DNA of 28,684 nucleotides from IMG/VR virus record IMGVR_UViG_3300037309_000132, positions 1 through 28,684 of that record, one strand, 5' to 3'. The notes beneath the pieces are model-generated. The model saw nothing but the letters and a program-made list of their open reading frames with translations. It had not been told where the DNA came from and searched no databases. Made by a program: the position numbers and the translations under genes. Origin of the DNA: a virus. Taxonomy: Duplodnaviria > Caudoviricetes. This document shows positions 7,788 through 16,854 of the stretch, in pieces; the stretch's first letter is position 1, and each line of letters begins with the position of its first letter.

Positions 7788-7932
7788 GCGGGGCTTTCCT
7801 GTATTCGCGATGCGGGGGCTGGGTTGGTTGGGGTGGGCTGACCGACCCCATAGGGGCAAGGTCGGCCAGCCCGGTTCCGACGCCTGGATGCCCCGCAACA
7901 GGTCCGGGCGGCGAAGATGTTAAGCGCCGCGA

Positions 7933-8451
7933 TCAGTTTGAGATGATGCTCATAATCCCGGCGTAGCGATCAAAGCCGTTGACGATGAATGTCCCCGCGA
8001 GTTGATCGATTTCGATTTCGTTCCGACCGTTCACAACGCGGCGGTAGTAAGCGACCGCGACCTTGAATTCGTGTTCAGTGTCGTCGCCCGGCTTCGATGT
8101 GCCGCCCATCATTTCGGTAAACCGCCCGCCGAGAAAGCATTCGACCGCTTGAGGGAAGACGCCGCCCAAGCTGTCATCGGCCTGATATGCTCCGGTCAGA
8201 CGAATGCGCACACCATCAATGGCGGTCAGCCCGAACTTGCGGAACAGTTCGACTTCATGGCCGCCCATCTTGATCGTGGCTTCCATCGGTTCCAGCCCGA
8301 GGTCGATCTTGACCGAACCCAGCATCCCCGCCGCGCGATAATCTTCGGTCGCGAGCGCGAGGTTGGGTTCTTCGAATTCGGTCGCGCGGCCGAGGTAGCC
8401 TTGGCCATCGACATGAATGTTCATATTCTTCAGTTTCTTGGCGATGCCCAT
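7933..8451 (-). CDS. FII: Major tail tube protein
   Basis: KKLKNMN, EDYRAAGMLG, YYR...EIEID motifs. Confidence 0.93.
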   Translation of the reverse strand: MGIAKKLKNMNIHVDGQGYLGRATEFEEPNLALATEDYRAAGMLGSVKIDLGLEPMEATIKMGGHEVELFRKFGLTAIDGVRIRLTGAYQADDSLGGVFPQAVECFLGGRFTEMMGGTSKPGDDTEHEFKVAVAYYRRVVNGRNEIEIDQLAGTFIVNGFDRYAGIMSIISN

Positions 8452-8506
8452 GCGGCGTTCCTTTCATGCGGCGCGGTCAGCGGGGTGAAGATCAGCGGGT
8501 TGCTGG

Positions 8507-9694
8507 TCAGACCAGCTGATCGGCAAAGTTCGAATAGTAGAAATCGGTGATCGCCAGATCGACGTTCGGGTTCTCGAGCGGGGCGACCGGCGTGAACTGG
8601 ATCCGGAACTTCGGGCGGCCCTGGGCAAGTTCCTGCGCGCTGTTCTGGTCAGCGTCATAGAACATTTCGGCCCCGATCAGCCGCCCCTCGCTGCGCAGCT
8701 GCCGGAACCGGGCGTTGCCCGTTTCGAGCAGATCCTTGATCAGCCCAACGGTCATCGGCTGATCAAGGAACGGCGCGACGATCGCTTCGATTTCTTCTTG
8801 CAGCGCGAAGCTGGTGCGGGTCGCGGTTTCGAAGGCGAAACTGGGGTTGGTTTCTCCGGCGCAGGTCCGGTTGCCCCACAGCCGGAAACCGTTCTGGCGA
8901 ATGATCGTCGTGACTTCGGATGCGTTCAGCAGCCCCGCCGGGGTCGACGGGTCGGTCAGGTCGAAATGGACATCATGGCTAAGCCCGATGACCCCGGCCA
9001 GCGGCACATTGGAAATGGTCTTGTGCCATCCGATCGATTCGTCGAGCGCGGCGCGCAGGCCCAGCGCGCGGGCGATGATGTCGCCGCCGCTTTCGTCGGT
9101 ATCCGGCCAGATGATCATCAATTCGCGGTGCCCGAATTCGCCGCGATAGGTGATCGCTTCGGCTTCGGATGCTGCCGGAGTGAAGCCGTCCGCGCCTTTC
9201 GCGCCTGCATATACGAACCCGCGCAGCTTCTTTGCGATGGTGACCAGTTCTTCGACAACCGGCTGCGAATCGAGCCCCGGCGCGCCCAGAATGGTCGGCT
9301 TCACGCCCAGCTGGGTCTGCGCGGCCAGCAGCGCCTGCAACCCGGTGTAGGTCACGCCATCGGTCGCGCCGATGACGTTCGCGTCGGTTTCCTCCTGGTC
9401 TTCGCCTTCGGCAACACGGACGACGATCACGATCGGGCTGGCTTGATCCCCGATCGCGGTCAGCGTCGGCGCGAGCGTGCCGCCATCGCCTGCGCGCCCG
9501 GCCATGATGTCAACGCCGCCGGTGATCAGAACCGGCGTGTTCAGCGGGAAGGCGGCATTGAGCGCGGCCTGTGCGGAAGCGTCGCCGGTGGTGGTTGCGG
9601 TTGCGACGATCCCGATGATCGCTGCCGAAGCGGCGGCAAGCGCGCGCGGCCCGGTGGCGGTTTCGACAAGGGTCAGGCCGTGATTGAATGGCAT
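8507..9694 (-). CDS. FI: Tail sheath protein
   Basis: HGLTLVE, YTGLQAL, GWHKTISN and GFRLWGNRT motifs. Confidence 0.95.
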   Translation of the reverse strand: MPFNHGLTLVETATGPRALAAASAAIIGIVATATTTGDASAQAALNAAFPLNTPVLITGGVDIMAGRAGDGGTLAPTLTAIGDQASPIVIVVRVAEGEDQEETDANVIGATDGVTYTGLQALLAAQTQLGVKPTILGAPGLDSQPVVEELVTIAKKLRGFVYAGAKGADGFTPAASEAEAITYRGEFGHRELMIIWPDTDESGGDIIARALGLRAALDESIGWHKTISNVPLAGVIGLSHDVHFDLTDPSTPAGLLNASEVTTIIRQNGFRLWGNRTCAGETNPSFAFETATRTSFALQEEIEAIVAPFLDQPMTVGLIKDLLETGNARFRQLRSEGRLIGAEMFYDADQNSAQELAQGRPKFRIQFTPVAPLENPNVDLAITDFYYSNFADQLV

Positions 9695-9705
9695 GGCGGG
9701 TTCCT

Positions 9706-10086
9706 TCAGCTAACGGGCGCGAGGCTGCGCCCGAGGTTCAGATCGATCGGGATGGTGAGGGTCTGCAAAATGTTGGCAGCGGGTTGATCGGTGCGCCGCC
9801 CTTCGATGCGAATCGTAAGCTTCCCGCCCGCCGGTTCGCCTTCGAGCGTGACGCGGGTGAGTTGCAGCCGGGGTTCCCAGCGGCGCAGCGCGAGCGCAGT
9901 TGCGGCGTGCAGCAGCATCCGGATGGCGCTGTTGATCGGGCGGTCGATCAGTTCGAACAGCAACGAACCATAATCGCGGCGCATCACCCGGCTTCCCAAC
10001 GGGGTCGCCAGAATGTCGGCGATCGATTGCGCCAGGTGCGCGTCGCCATCGATCGGTTCGCCAGTGGTTCGGTTCATTCCCAGCAT
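9706..10086 (-). CDS. gpW: Baseplate wedge protein GpW/gp25
   Basis: GMNRTTG, HLAQSIADILATPLGSRVMRRDYGS and RWEPR motifs. Confidence 0.95.
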   Translation of the reverse strand: MLGMNRTTGEPIDGDAHLAQSIADILATPLGSRVMRRDYGSLLFELIDRPINSAIRMLLHAATALALRRWEPRLQLTRVTLEGEPAGGKLTIRIEGRRTDQPAANILQTLTIPIDLNLGRSLAPVS

Positions 10087-10133
10087 GATCCGCAGCCATT
10101 GCCATCCGCGCGCGAAACGCCATCGCGGGGCGT

Positions 10134-10152
10134 GGTCAAAGGCGCTTTCACC
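10134..10152 (-). promoter_or_regulatory. Putative Ogr-activator box (late promoter of the W-FI-FII-E-T-U-D operon)
   Basis: GGTGAAAGCGCCTTTGACC, 48 nt upstream of the gpW ATG; matches the boxes at 18440 and 24708. Confidence 0.7.
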
Positions 10153-10169
10153 GGCTAAGCGCTGCGGCC

Positions 10170-10532
10170 ATGTTTCTGACCGGCGCGCTCGTTCTGGCCT
10201 GCACCATCACGGTGATTGATGGCGACACCATCCGTTGCGGTGGCGAGCGCATCCGTTTGACCGGGATCGATGCGCCCGAATTGTCGCGCTGCCCAACCGG
10301 GCGGCAATATGTCAAGGGCGACGGGCAGGCGGCGAAGCACGCGCTGGCGAACCGCCTTGATCGCGGCGAAATCACGATTCGGCGGTTCGGGCAAGATCGC
10401 TATGGCCGGACGCTGGCGGCGGTCTATGTCGACGGGGTGAACGCGGCCTGCGCGATGCTGGCGGGTGGCCATGCGGAATATGTCGCGCAGTGGGATGAAG
10501 GCCAGCGGGTCGCGCGCGATTGTGGGATTTAG
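10170..10532 (+). CDS. Thermonuclease (SNase-like) family protein
   Basis: VIDGDT, RLTGIDAPE and DRYGRTL catalytic motifs. Confidence 0.9.
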   Translation: MFLTGALVLACTITVIDGDTIRCGGERIRLTGIDAPELSRCPTGRQYVKGDGQAAKHALANRLDRGEITIRRFGQDRYGRTLAAVYVDGVNAACAMLAGGHAEYVAQWDEGQRVARDCGI

Positions 10533-11125
10533 GCGGGCGGTCCTGATTGCGACGAACCCGCTGCAACCGCAGTGTGGCGGTGCGACTTGAGGCTTTTGCC
10601 TGCCGCAATCACATCATCGGCAGCGGTGACCGTTTCGCTGACATCGACCGCGCCTTCGATGGTGACATCGCCTTCGATCGTGACCGGCCCGCGCAGGATG
10701 ATCCCGCCGGGCGCTTCGATTTCAGCGGTCGCGCCCGCTGGCAGGATGGCGGTCAGCGCCCCGGCCTGCGCGTCATAGGTGATGCGCGCGCCATCGGCGA
10801 ATTCGATCATTTCCGCTTCGCTCGAGCCCAGCGCGGGGAAGGCGTCCTGAACGATTCCGGTCAATGCAATGGCGCTGCCAACCTGCCCGCCGGGGGAGAG
10901 CAGCAGAACCTGTTCGCCGATCGATGGCGGCGACCAGACCCGCGTTGCGCCCGCGCGCGCGGTGAGCCAGCGGATTGGCGGGGTTTCGCCGGGTTCATCA
11001 TCATCGGGGTCGCCATAGCGCACAGTGCAGCGCGCGCTGGCCAGATCGACCGCCGTGACGGTTCCGATCCTGACCAGCGTCGCGAGGTCGGCGGGGATGT
11101 CTTCGGGTGCCCCGCGCTTGATCAT
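10529..11125 (-). CDS. gpV: Baseplate spike protein V
   Basis: LVRIGTV, RAG...WSPPSIGEQV, FADGARITYD and C-terminal HxH (SHRH). Confidence 0.95.
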   Translation of the reverse strand: MIKRGAPEDIPADLATLVRIGTVTAVDLASARCTVRYGDPDDDEPGETPPIRWLTARAGATRVWSPPSIGEQVLLLSPGGQVGSAIALTGIVQDAFPALGSSEAEMIEFADGARITYDAQAGALTAILPAGATAEIEAPGGIILRGPVTIEGDVTIEGAVDVSETVTAADDVIAAGKSLKSHRHTAVAAGSSQSGPPA

Positions 11126-11127
11126 GG

Positions 11128-11337
11128 TCAGTCCTTGGCTTCTTCAATCGCGGCCAGCAGTTCGGCGCGAACCGCATCGGTTTGGACACGCATTTCGGCC
11201 AGCTTGGCTTGGGCAATCTGCTGATCGTCTTCGCCCAGCGCGTCGATGGCGTTTTCGACAATTCGGATAACGGCCGGAACAGCGCCGATGACAGGCCCGA
11301 TCGCGTCGATTGCCTTCAGAATAGTGGCAAGATTCAT
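11128..11337 (-). CDS. Small amphipathic/coiled-coil protein at the end of the lysis cassette
   Basis: AAGGA RBS; fills the gap between the lipoprotein-like gene and V. Confidence 0.65.
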   Translation of the reverse strand: MNLATILKAIDAIGPVIGAVPAVIRIVENAIDALGEDDQQIAQAKLAEMRVQTDAVRAELLAAIEEAKD

Positions 11338-11367
11338 ATCGTCGTTTCCTTTGGCTTGGGGTTTAGA

Positions 11368-11982
11368 TCAGGCGGCAATCGCTGTGCGAAACTCCGCGAC
11401 TGCGCGCAGGGCATTGGACAGTGCGGCGTTGAAATCCGCGCTGTTCCCGGCGTCATAGGCGGCGCGCATCGCCAGCACCGCGGCGAAGGCTTTGGCTTCA
11501 TAGGCTTCAGCTTTCTCAAGCTCGACGCCGGTCAGCTTGCCCGCCTTGACCTGCGCCAGCAGGATCTGCGCCGCCGCCTGATAAGAGGCTTCGACTGCGA
11601 TCGAAACCTGTTCGTCGAGCATGGTCTGATCGGCAGCTGCTCGCGGCCCTTGCTGCAAGGTGGCGCAGCCCGGCAACGCCACCAGCGACAGCGCGAGCAG
11701 CGGTGCAGCGAAGAACATCATCGGCACGCGGGCGTTCGAAGCTTTGCCGACCGTGATCGGGGGTGCATACTTCTGGGTCACGCGGCCCCACATGGCGTAA
11801 AGTCCGAACAGCGCGGTCAGCCCGTTGACGATGTTGTCAACAATCTCGGCCTGCACATCGGCGCTGACTACATCGACCAAGCCGAAGATGTTGGCGATCT
11901 GAACGATCACCGCCAGCACCGATCCGACGATGACATGCGAACGATACCAGGGAAGGGTTTCGGGATGCGTATTGAGGGACAT
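11368..11982 (-). CDS. Membrane protein: holin-like N-terminus plus internal lipoprotein signal and helical domain
   Basis: PWYRS + two hydrophobic segments, then MMFFAAPLLALSLVALPG-C106; AAGGA RBS; follows the endolysin. Confidence 0.7.
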   Translation of the reverse strand: MSLNTHPETLPWYRSHVIVGSVLAVIVQIANIFGLVDVVSADVQAEIVDNIVNGLTALFGLYAMWGRVTQKYAPPITVGKASNARVPMMFFAAPLLALSLVALPGCATLQQGPRAAADQTMLDEQVSIAVEASYQAAAQILLAQVKAGKLTGVELEKAEAYEAKAFAAVLAMRAAYDAGNSADFNAALSNALRAVAEFRTAIAA

Positions 11983-12021
11983 TGGCTTTTCCTTTCGATT
12001 TCGGTTGGGGGCAGTGAAATT

Positions 12022-12594
12022 TCAGGGAACGAACATCGGATCGGTGACCATGAACCCCTTGATCGGGATCTGGCCGAACACGGCCATCGGGCTGAAACGG
12101 CTGCCCAGCCCGAGGGGAACCCAAAGGCTGGTGCGGATTTCGAAGTGCAGATGCGCGTCTGCCCCTGTCATTCCGCGCGCGTTGCCGGTGTCGCCGGTCA
12201 GGCCGATCGGATCGTTCATGCGGACCTTCTGCCCGACGCGAACATCGATGCGCGAGAGGTGGCAATAGGTCGCGTAGAGCGCCCGCTTGCCCTGACCGTC
12301 CCCGGCCAGATCGAATTCGAAGCGCAGCAGCACATGCTTGCCCAACGCGCCGCGATCATGCACCGCCGCGATTGTGCCATCGGCGATCGCGTAGCAGCGG
12401 AAGCCAATCGGCGCGTAGAAATCCCAGCCCTGGTGCGCCCGGCGACCGCCATTGCGCACCATCCCAAAGGTGTTGTTGACCATGAACCGGCGAATCGCCG
12501 CATACTTGACCGGGAAAGTGATCCCGGCGGGCAGGGTGACGTGTTCGACCGGGGCGTTGCGGTAGAACGGGGTGAATTCCTTGGGGAGAGCCAT
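12022..12594 (-). CDS. M23-family metallopeptidase, putative endolysin
   Basis: HQGWD (HxxxD), YCHLS, IGLTGDTGNA and HLHFE (HxH); no signal peptide; flanked by membrane-protein genes. Confidence 0.88.
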   Translation of the reverse strand: MALPKEFTPFYRNAPVEHVTLPAGITFPVKYAAIRRFMVNNTFGMVRNGGRRAHQGWDFYAPIGFRCYAIADGTIAAVHDRGALGKHVLLRFEFDLAGDGQGKRALYATYCHLSRIDVRVGQKVRMNDPIGLTGDTGNARGMTGADAHLHFEIRTSLWVPLGLGSRFSPMAVFGQIPIKGFMVTDPMFVP

Positions 12595-12615
12595 CGTCAA
12601 ATTCCTTTCATGCGT

Positions 12616-12876
12616 TCAGTTCATCACGCCGATTTCTTCTTCGATTGACTGAATGCGCTCTTCGAGCCGCTTGATCCGGTCTTCGAGCCGTGCGCCGTCC
12701 TGGACGCGGAACCGCTCGTTTTCTTCGCGGTTCAGCTGCGCTTTCATCACGGCGACATCGACCGACATTTGCTGGACAGTGAAGGTCTGCCAGCCCAGCA
12801 GGCCGATGATCACAGCGCCAACGATCTTTTCGACCAGAGAGAGCTGCCAGCGCTCGGATGTGTCGGGGGTGCTCAT
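12616..12876 (-). CDS. Single-TM coiled-coil protein (holin/antiholin candidate)
   Basis: IVGAVIIGLLGW TM segment, then RLEDRIKRLEERI heptads; directly upstream of the endolysin. Confidence 0.65.
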   Translation of the reverse strand: MSTPDTSERWQLSLVEKIVGAVIIGLLGWQTFTVQQMSVDVAVMKAQLNREENERFRVQDGARLEDRIKRLEERIQSIEEEIGVMN

Positions 12877-12887
12877 GAAGTCAGATC

Positions 12888-15143
12888 CTAGACCGCAGTT
12901 GGCGTTTCGGCGGCGACAGTGTCGTCAATTCGAACGGCGGTGATTGCGAAGTTGCTTAGCTGGGCGTTGAGCGCGGCAAGAACCTGCGCCTCGGTCTGCC
13001 CGGTGTGGGTGCCAATCGTGATCACCTCATTCGCGACGCCGGGCCGCGAGAGGGTGACAGTCGATCCGGCCAGCCCGTTCAGCTTGGTCGCCAGCGCCTG
13101 TGTCGAACCGTCGAGCGTCAGCGCTTCGCCGCGACCGGTCGCACGGTCATAGCGCTGCCCGAACAGCGCCACGATCGCCGCCTGACTGCCGGTCAGGGTG
13201 GTGCCATTGTCGGTTTCGAGAACGCGCATCTTCGGGTCTTCGAGCGACACCCCATCGGGCACCACGCCGCGCACCACAAACGGCCAGCGGTCGCGCGCGC
13301 GGGCGGGCATGGCGGGATCGTTGTCCACCATCAGGATCGAACCCTGAATGCCGTTCTCGATCGTGCAGCTGGGATCGACGTAAACCTCGGTCGGGACCGG
13401 TTGCCCGAACGAGCCGATCAGTTGTAGCGACCGGCGGGTCGGATGGTTCGATCGCACGATCGTGCCCTGCTCGAACGACATTCGGCCACCTGCCGCCATG
13501 TTGGGGCTGTTGTGCGCAAAGATCGCAGCGATGTCCGGGCCAGCGCCCGGCGCGCCCATTTCGAACAGACTGGAGACGAAGCGCTGAACCTGCCCTGCGG
13601 AAGTTCCCTGGCCGATGCACGATGGCGCACCGGCAGTAGCGTCGGTGCCCCATGCGCGATACCAGACCCGGATGTAGGCCTGGAACAACCGGAACTTCAG
13701 AACCGGGTCGCCCACCTGCGACAAGCGGCTCTCGCCGCTCGCATTGTCGTTGTGCTCAAGATATTGATTGGCGAACTGCTCGGCGGCGAAATCAATGAAG
13801 ATGCTGGACCAGGTGCGCTCGAACACCCGCAGCGTCGGGTCTTCATTGTAGAACCGGGTGTTGAACATGCCGCGCCCGCGCAGGATCGAAAACGGCAGAT
13901 TGCAGTAACCCGACACCTCCTCTTCGAAGCCGTCTTCGGTCACTTCGAACCCGATGCGACGGGCGTATCCGGTCGGGGAGTTCGGCCAGACCGAAAACTT
14001 GCCGGATCCGGGCGTGTCGTTGAAGTTGTCGTTGTAGAATGGCGCAGTGGCTGCGACCAAACCGGTCGCATCGCCGCCGCTGTTGGCGATGGTGACGGTT
14101 TCATCAGCGCGCGGGGGCGAGGTGACGAACTCTTCGACCGCATTATAATCCGCCAGAAAGTCAGCCCGGATGCCCGCCTGAGTGTAGAGCGTGAAGGTCT
14201 CGGTTGTGGTCACCGACCAATCGGCATCGGCGCTGAGGCGGATGACAAAGTTCTCACCAGTGTAATTGGGGAGAGTGCCCTGTTCGATGAACAACCAGTG
14301 CTCCTGACCGCGCGGATCGGGACCGGTCGCCTTTTGAACGAAAAGCCCGCCTTGGGCGGCATCATAGCCCTTCGTGAAATTGCGGATGGTGATCTGGAAC
14401 CGGTAGAAGGTCGAGAATTCGGCAAGTTCGAAGGTCGAAATTCCATACAGATCACCGCCCTGGGTGTTCCAACCTGCGATGAAGGGCAGCGCGGTCTTCA
14501 TCCGCTCATTGCGCACCTGCGGCACGAACGGGCTTTCGGACAGGAACCCGCCTTCGATCAGACGCGCTTCGATCAGCTCGCCAATGCGCTGCCGGCTCGC
14601 AGTCGACATGAACAGCTGGTCGCGTTTGAGTTCCGACGCAGCGAACGCATAAGGGGTCACATATGCTCCGAATGGCCCGGTGATATCCACCCGAATGCGC
14701 GCAACTTCGGTTCCGGCAGGCACACCCAGAGAAGCGTCGTTGGCAAAGAGCGGATATTCCTGAAACCCGGTCTCTCCGGCCACAACAATGAACCCAGCCC
14801 CGCCCACGCTTTCGCGCAGCAGCAGCGTCGAGGCATTGTCGGTAAATTTGGCAACCCGCAAGCGGACACGATCGGTTGTGGCCTGGCGGGACGCCTCCAG
14901 CATGTGAAATACTGGTGGCCAGTCGAGCGCAACCCCACCAACGCTTTCGTAGCAGTCGATCGTTGCAATGCGCTTCAGCGCCGCGTCGATCACCGAGGGA
15001 TCAGCGAAAGGCGAGAGCAGCTTGGTTGCTAGGCTGGCAATGGCGTTTGCGTTGCCTGCCTTAAGCTCGCCATCCTGAACCAGCGGAATTAGTTCTTCGC
15101 CTTCCAGCGGACCCGCTTCGGGCAACAGGGTTACTTTTGCCAT
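12888..15143 (-). CDS. Large tailspike/receptor-binding-like protein (possible depolymerase)
   Basis: N-terminal KVTLLPEAGPLEGEELIPLVQDG anchor-like motif; beta- and aromatic-rich body with ILRGRG..NT segment; TGATG-coupled to the fibre chaperone gene. Confidence 0.65.
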   Translation of the reverse strand: MAKVTLLPEAGPLEGEELIPLVQDGELKAGNANAIASLATKLLSPFADPSVIDAALKRIATIDCYESVGGVALDWPPVFHMLEASRQATTDRVRLRVAKFTDNASTLLLRESVGGAGFIVVAGETGFQEYPLFANDASLGVPAGTEVARIRVDITGPFGAYVTPYAFAASELKRDQLFMSTASRQRIGELIEARLIEGGFLSESPFVPQVRNERMKTALPFIAGWNTQGGDLYGISTFELAEFSTFYRFQITIRNFTKGYDAAQGGLFVQKATGPDPRGQEHWLFIEQGTLPNYTGENFVIRLSADADWSVTTTETFTLYTQAGIRADFLADYNAVEEFVTSPPRADETVTIANSGGDATGLVAATAPFYNDNFNDTPGSGKFSVWPNSPTGYARRIGFEVTEDGFEEEVSGYCNLPFSILRGRGMFNTRFYNEDPTLRVFERTWSSIFIDFAAEQFANQYLEHNDNASGESRLSQVGDPVLKFRLFQAYIRVWYRAWGTDATAGAPSCIGQGTSAGQVQRFVSSLFEMGAPGAGPDIAAIFAHNSPNMAAGGRMSFEQGTIVRSNHPTRRSLQLIGSFGQPVPTEVYVDPSCTIENGIQGSILMVDNDPAMPARARDRWPFVVRGVVPDGVSLEDPKMRVLETDNGTTLTGSQAAIVALFGQRYDRATGRGEALTLDGSTQALATKLNGLAGSTVTLSRPGVANEVITIGTHTGQTEAQVLAALNAQLSNFAITAVRIDDTVAAETPTAV

Positions 15144-15598
15144 CAATCAAACTCCGGCCAGAGAGGGTGCGCGGCGACCCGGAACGCTTCGAGTTGAGCC
15201 GCAGGAAGGTTCGCAAGGGTGTTTTCGAATGCGTTCGACGCGGCACGAATCGCGTCGATCTGCGCAAAGCGGCGCGCGCCTTCGGGGCTGGGCGCGCGGG
15301 AATCGTTGATCTGTCGCCAAACCGGGGCGACCGCTTCGATCCGGCGCGCAGCTTCGCGCTTGATTGCGCGGGTCAGCGCAGCGCGGCGGGCATCGTCATT
15401 GGTGGGGCGGCCCACGATCTTGGGCTTGCCGCCCTTGCCCGCGACAATCGCGAAGCCTTCGGCCTGCCGCTCGAGCAATTCGACATGGCGGCGCTGTGTG
15501 ATCTTCACCGCATGGGCAGGCGCGGCCTTTTCGGTCAGAAAGAACGCGGGTGCCGGGGTGCCATCGGCGGCGGGCATCATGGCGAAATAGATGGTCAT
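15143..15598 (-). CDS. Tail fibre assembly protein
   Basis: FF...PAHAVKIT...ELLERQAEG..I....G.P pattern; directly after the fibre gene. Confidence 0.75.
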   Translation of the reverse strand: MTIYFAMMPAADGTPAPAFFLTEKAAPAHAVKITQRRHVELLERQAEGFAIVAGKGGKPKIVGRPTNDDARRAALTRAIKREAARRIEAVAPVWRQINDSRAPSPEGARRFAQIDAIRAASNAFENTLANLPAAQLEAFRVAAHPLWPEFD

Positions 15599-16854
15599 GA
15601 CAGGTCGATGATCCCCACGGCGATGAACTGCATGGCGTTGGCGGTGTCGTCCGAACTTTGGACCTGAAACCCGGTCCCGGTGACCGACCCGCCTCTAAGC
15701 GCGGGGTAATTGTCCTGATCGTTGGTGGCGCTGCTGCTGGTGCCATCGGTGACGACTGCGAAGGGGGTCTTGAAGGCGATCGGGAAGCTGACCGAAGTCG
15801 CGCCGTTGGCAATGGCGGTGAACCGCCCCCATTGCAGCAGCACCGCGTTCGCCGGGTCGCCCAGCGACAGGCCGACATAGCCGTTCAGCCCGAGGCTCTT
15901 GACGATCGGCCCGAACACGCCGGGGGTAATGACGCTGGTGTTCGATGTCCCGGCCAGCAGCTGCGCAAGGCTGGCGACCGCGACGTTGATCACGCGGTTC
16001 GCCGCCAGCGAACCGCCGCCGGTTGCCGCGCCGCCGCCGGTGATCGTGCGCGCGGTCAGCGCATCAAGATCGTTTTCGATGCTGGCATCGCCCGTGCTGC
16101 GAAGGCTGGCTTCGGCAGTCAATGCACCTTCGACCCCGGTGATCGCGGCGGCGCGAGCGCTGGCTTCATTGATGATCGACTGCACAACCGGCTGAAGCAC
16201 CCCGGCCAGCTTCAGCGCGGTGATCGCGCGGGCATCGTCAACCCCGGCGTTCGCTTCAGCCTGGGTCGCCAGTTCGATCACGCCTTCGATCGTTTCGGTT
16301 GCCGAGACGAACCCGCCGACGATTTCGGCGATGATCGCCGCCAGCTTCTTGGGCGTGACAAAGCGTTCGTCATCGACACCGGCTTCGACTTCGGCCTGGG
16401 TCGCGATTTCGGCGACGCCCTTGACTGTTTCGGTCGCGGGCGGGAACAGGAAGGTCGCATCGCCAAAGGTGATGTCCCCCGCGATCGAATCCTGAAACGC
16501 GATGTCGAACGCCAGTTGCAGGTTCAGGACCGCCGCCTTGCTGACAATCGGGTCGGCCTGGCTGTAGGCGGCGAACAGGGTGCCATCGGCCAGAAACAGG
16601 CCAAAGCCGCGCACGTCATAGATGTCCTGACTGGAATCCTGCGCGGTCATGTGGATGATCGTTTCGCTGATCGCAGTCCCCGAGACGCTGGCGATGCGCT
16701 TCACTTCGCTGGGCAGCGCGGTGAGCGTCGGGGCGGCGATGAAGGGCTGATCGGTGAACCCGATTTCAGCCACTTCGACCGCGGTGGTCACGCCGTTCTG
16801 GGCATCGACCAGAGCATCGCGCCCCGCCGTGGTGATGGTGAGGGTGAAGCTCAT
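15595..16854 (-). CDS. gpH: Tail fibre protein
   Basis: TITTAG N-terminus, GLFLADGTLFA, two ATET..G..E.ATQAE..AG.DD repeats and a C-terminal LQWG...FPIAF domain. Confidence 0.88.
   Translation of the reverse strand: MSFTLTITTAGRDALVDAQNGVTTAVEVAEIGFTDQPFIAAPTLTALPSEVKRIASVSGTAISETIIHMTAQDSSQDIYDVRGFGLFLADGTLFAAYSQADPIVSKAAVLNLQLAFDIAFQDSIAGDITFGDATFLFPPATETVKGVAEIATQAEVEAGVDDERFVTPKKLAAIIAEIVGGFVSATETIEGVIELATQAEANAGVDDARAITALKLAGVLQPVVQSIINEASARAAAITGVEGALTAEASLRSTGDASIENDLDALTARTITGGGAATGGGSLAANRVINVAVASLAQLLAGTSNTSVITPGVFGPIVKSLGLNGYVGLSLGDPANAVLLQWGRFTAIANGATSVSFPIAFKTPFAVVTDGTSSSATNDQDNYPALRGGSVTGTGFQVQSSDDTANAMQFIAVGIIDLS

Noticed and set aside
7788-7898. N-terminal extension of gpE
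   Set aside because: Overlaps the hairpin spacer; the family-like sequence and an RBS-like GGAAAG fit the start at 7787
11334-11791. Alternative-frame ORFs as embedded Rz1-like o-spanins
   Set aside because: Neither 11334-11519 nor 11516-11791 has a hydrophobic signal peptide with a lipobox
11182-12648. 488-aa + strand ORF across the lysis cassette
   Set aside because: Typical GC-rich antisense frame spanning several real genes, with no domain signature
13443-15032. 529-aa + strand ORF
   Set aside because: Antisense shadow of the tailspike-like gene
15143-16854. Invertible tail-fibre cassette
   Set aside because: No invertase, no second inverted fibre end and no flanking inverted repeats noticed
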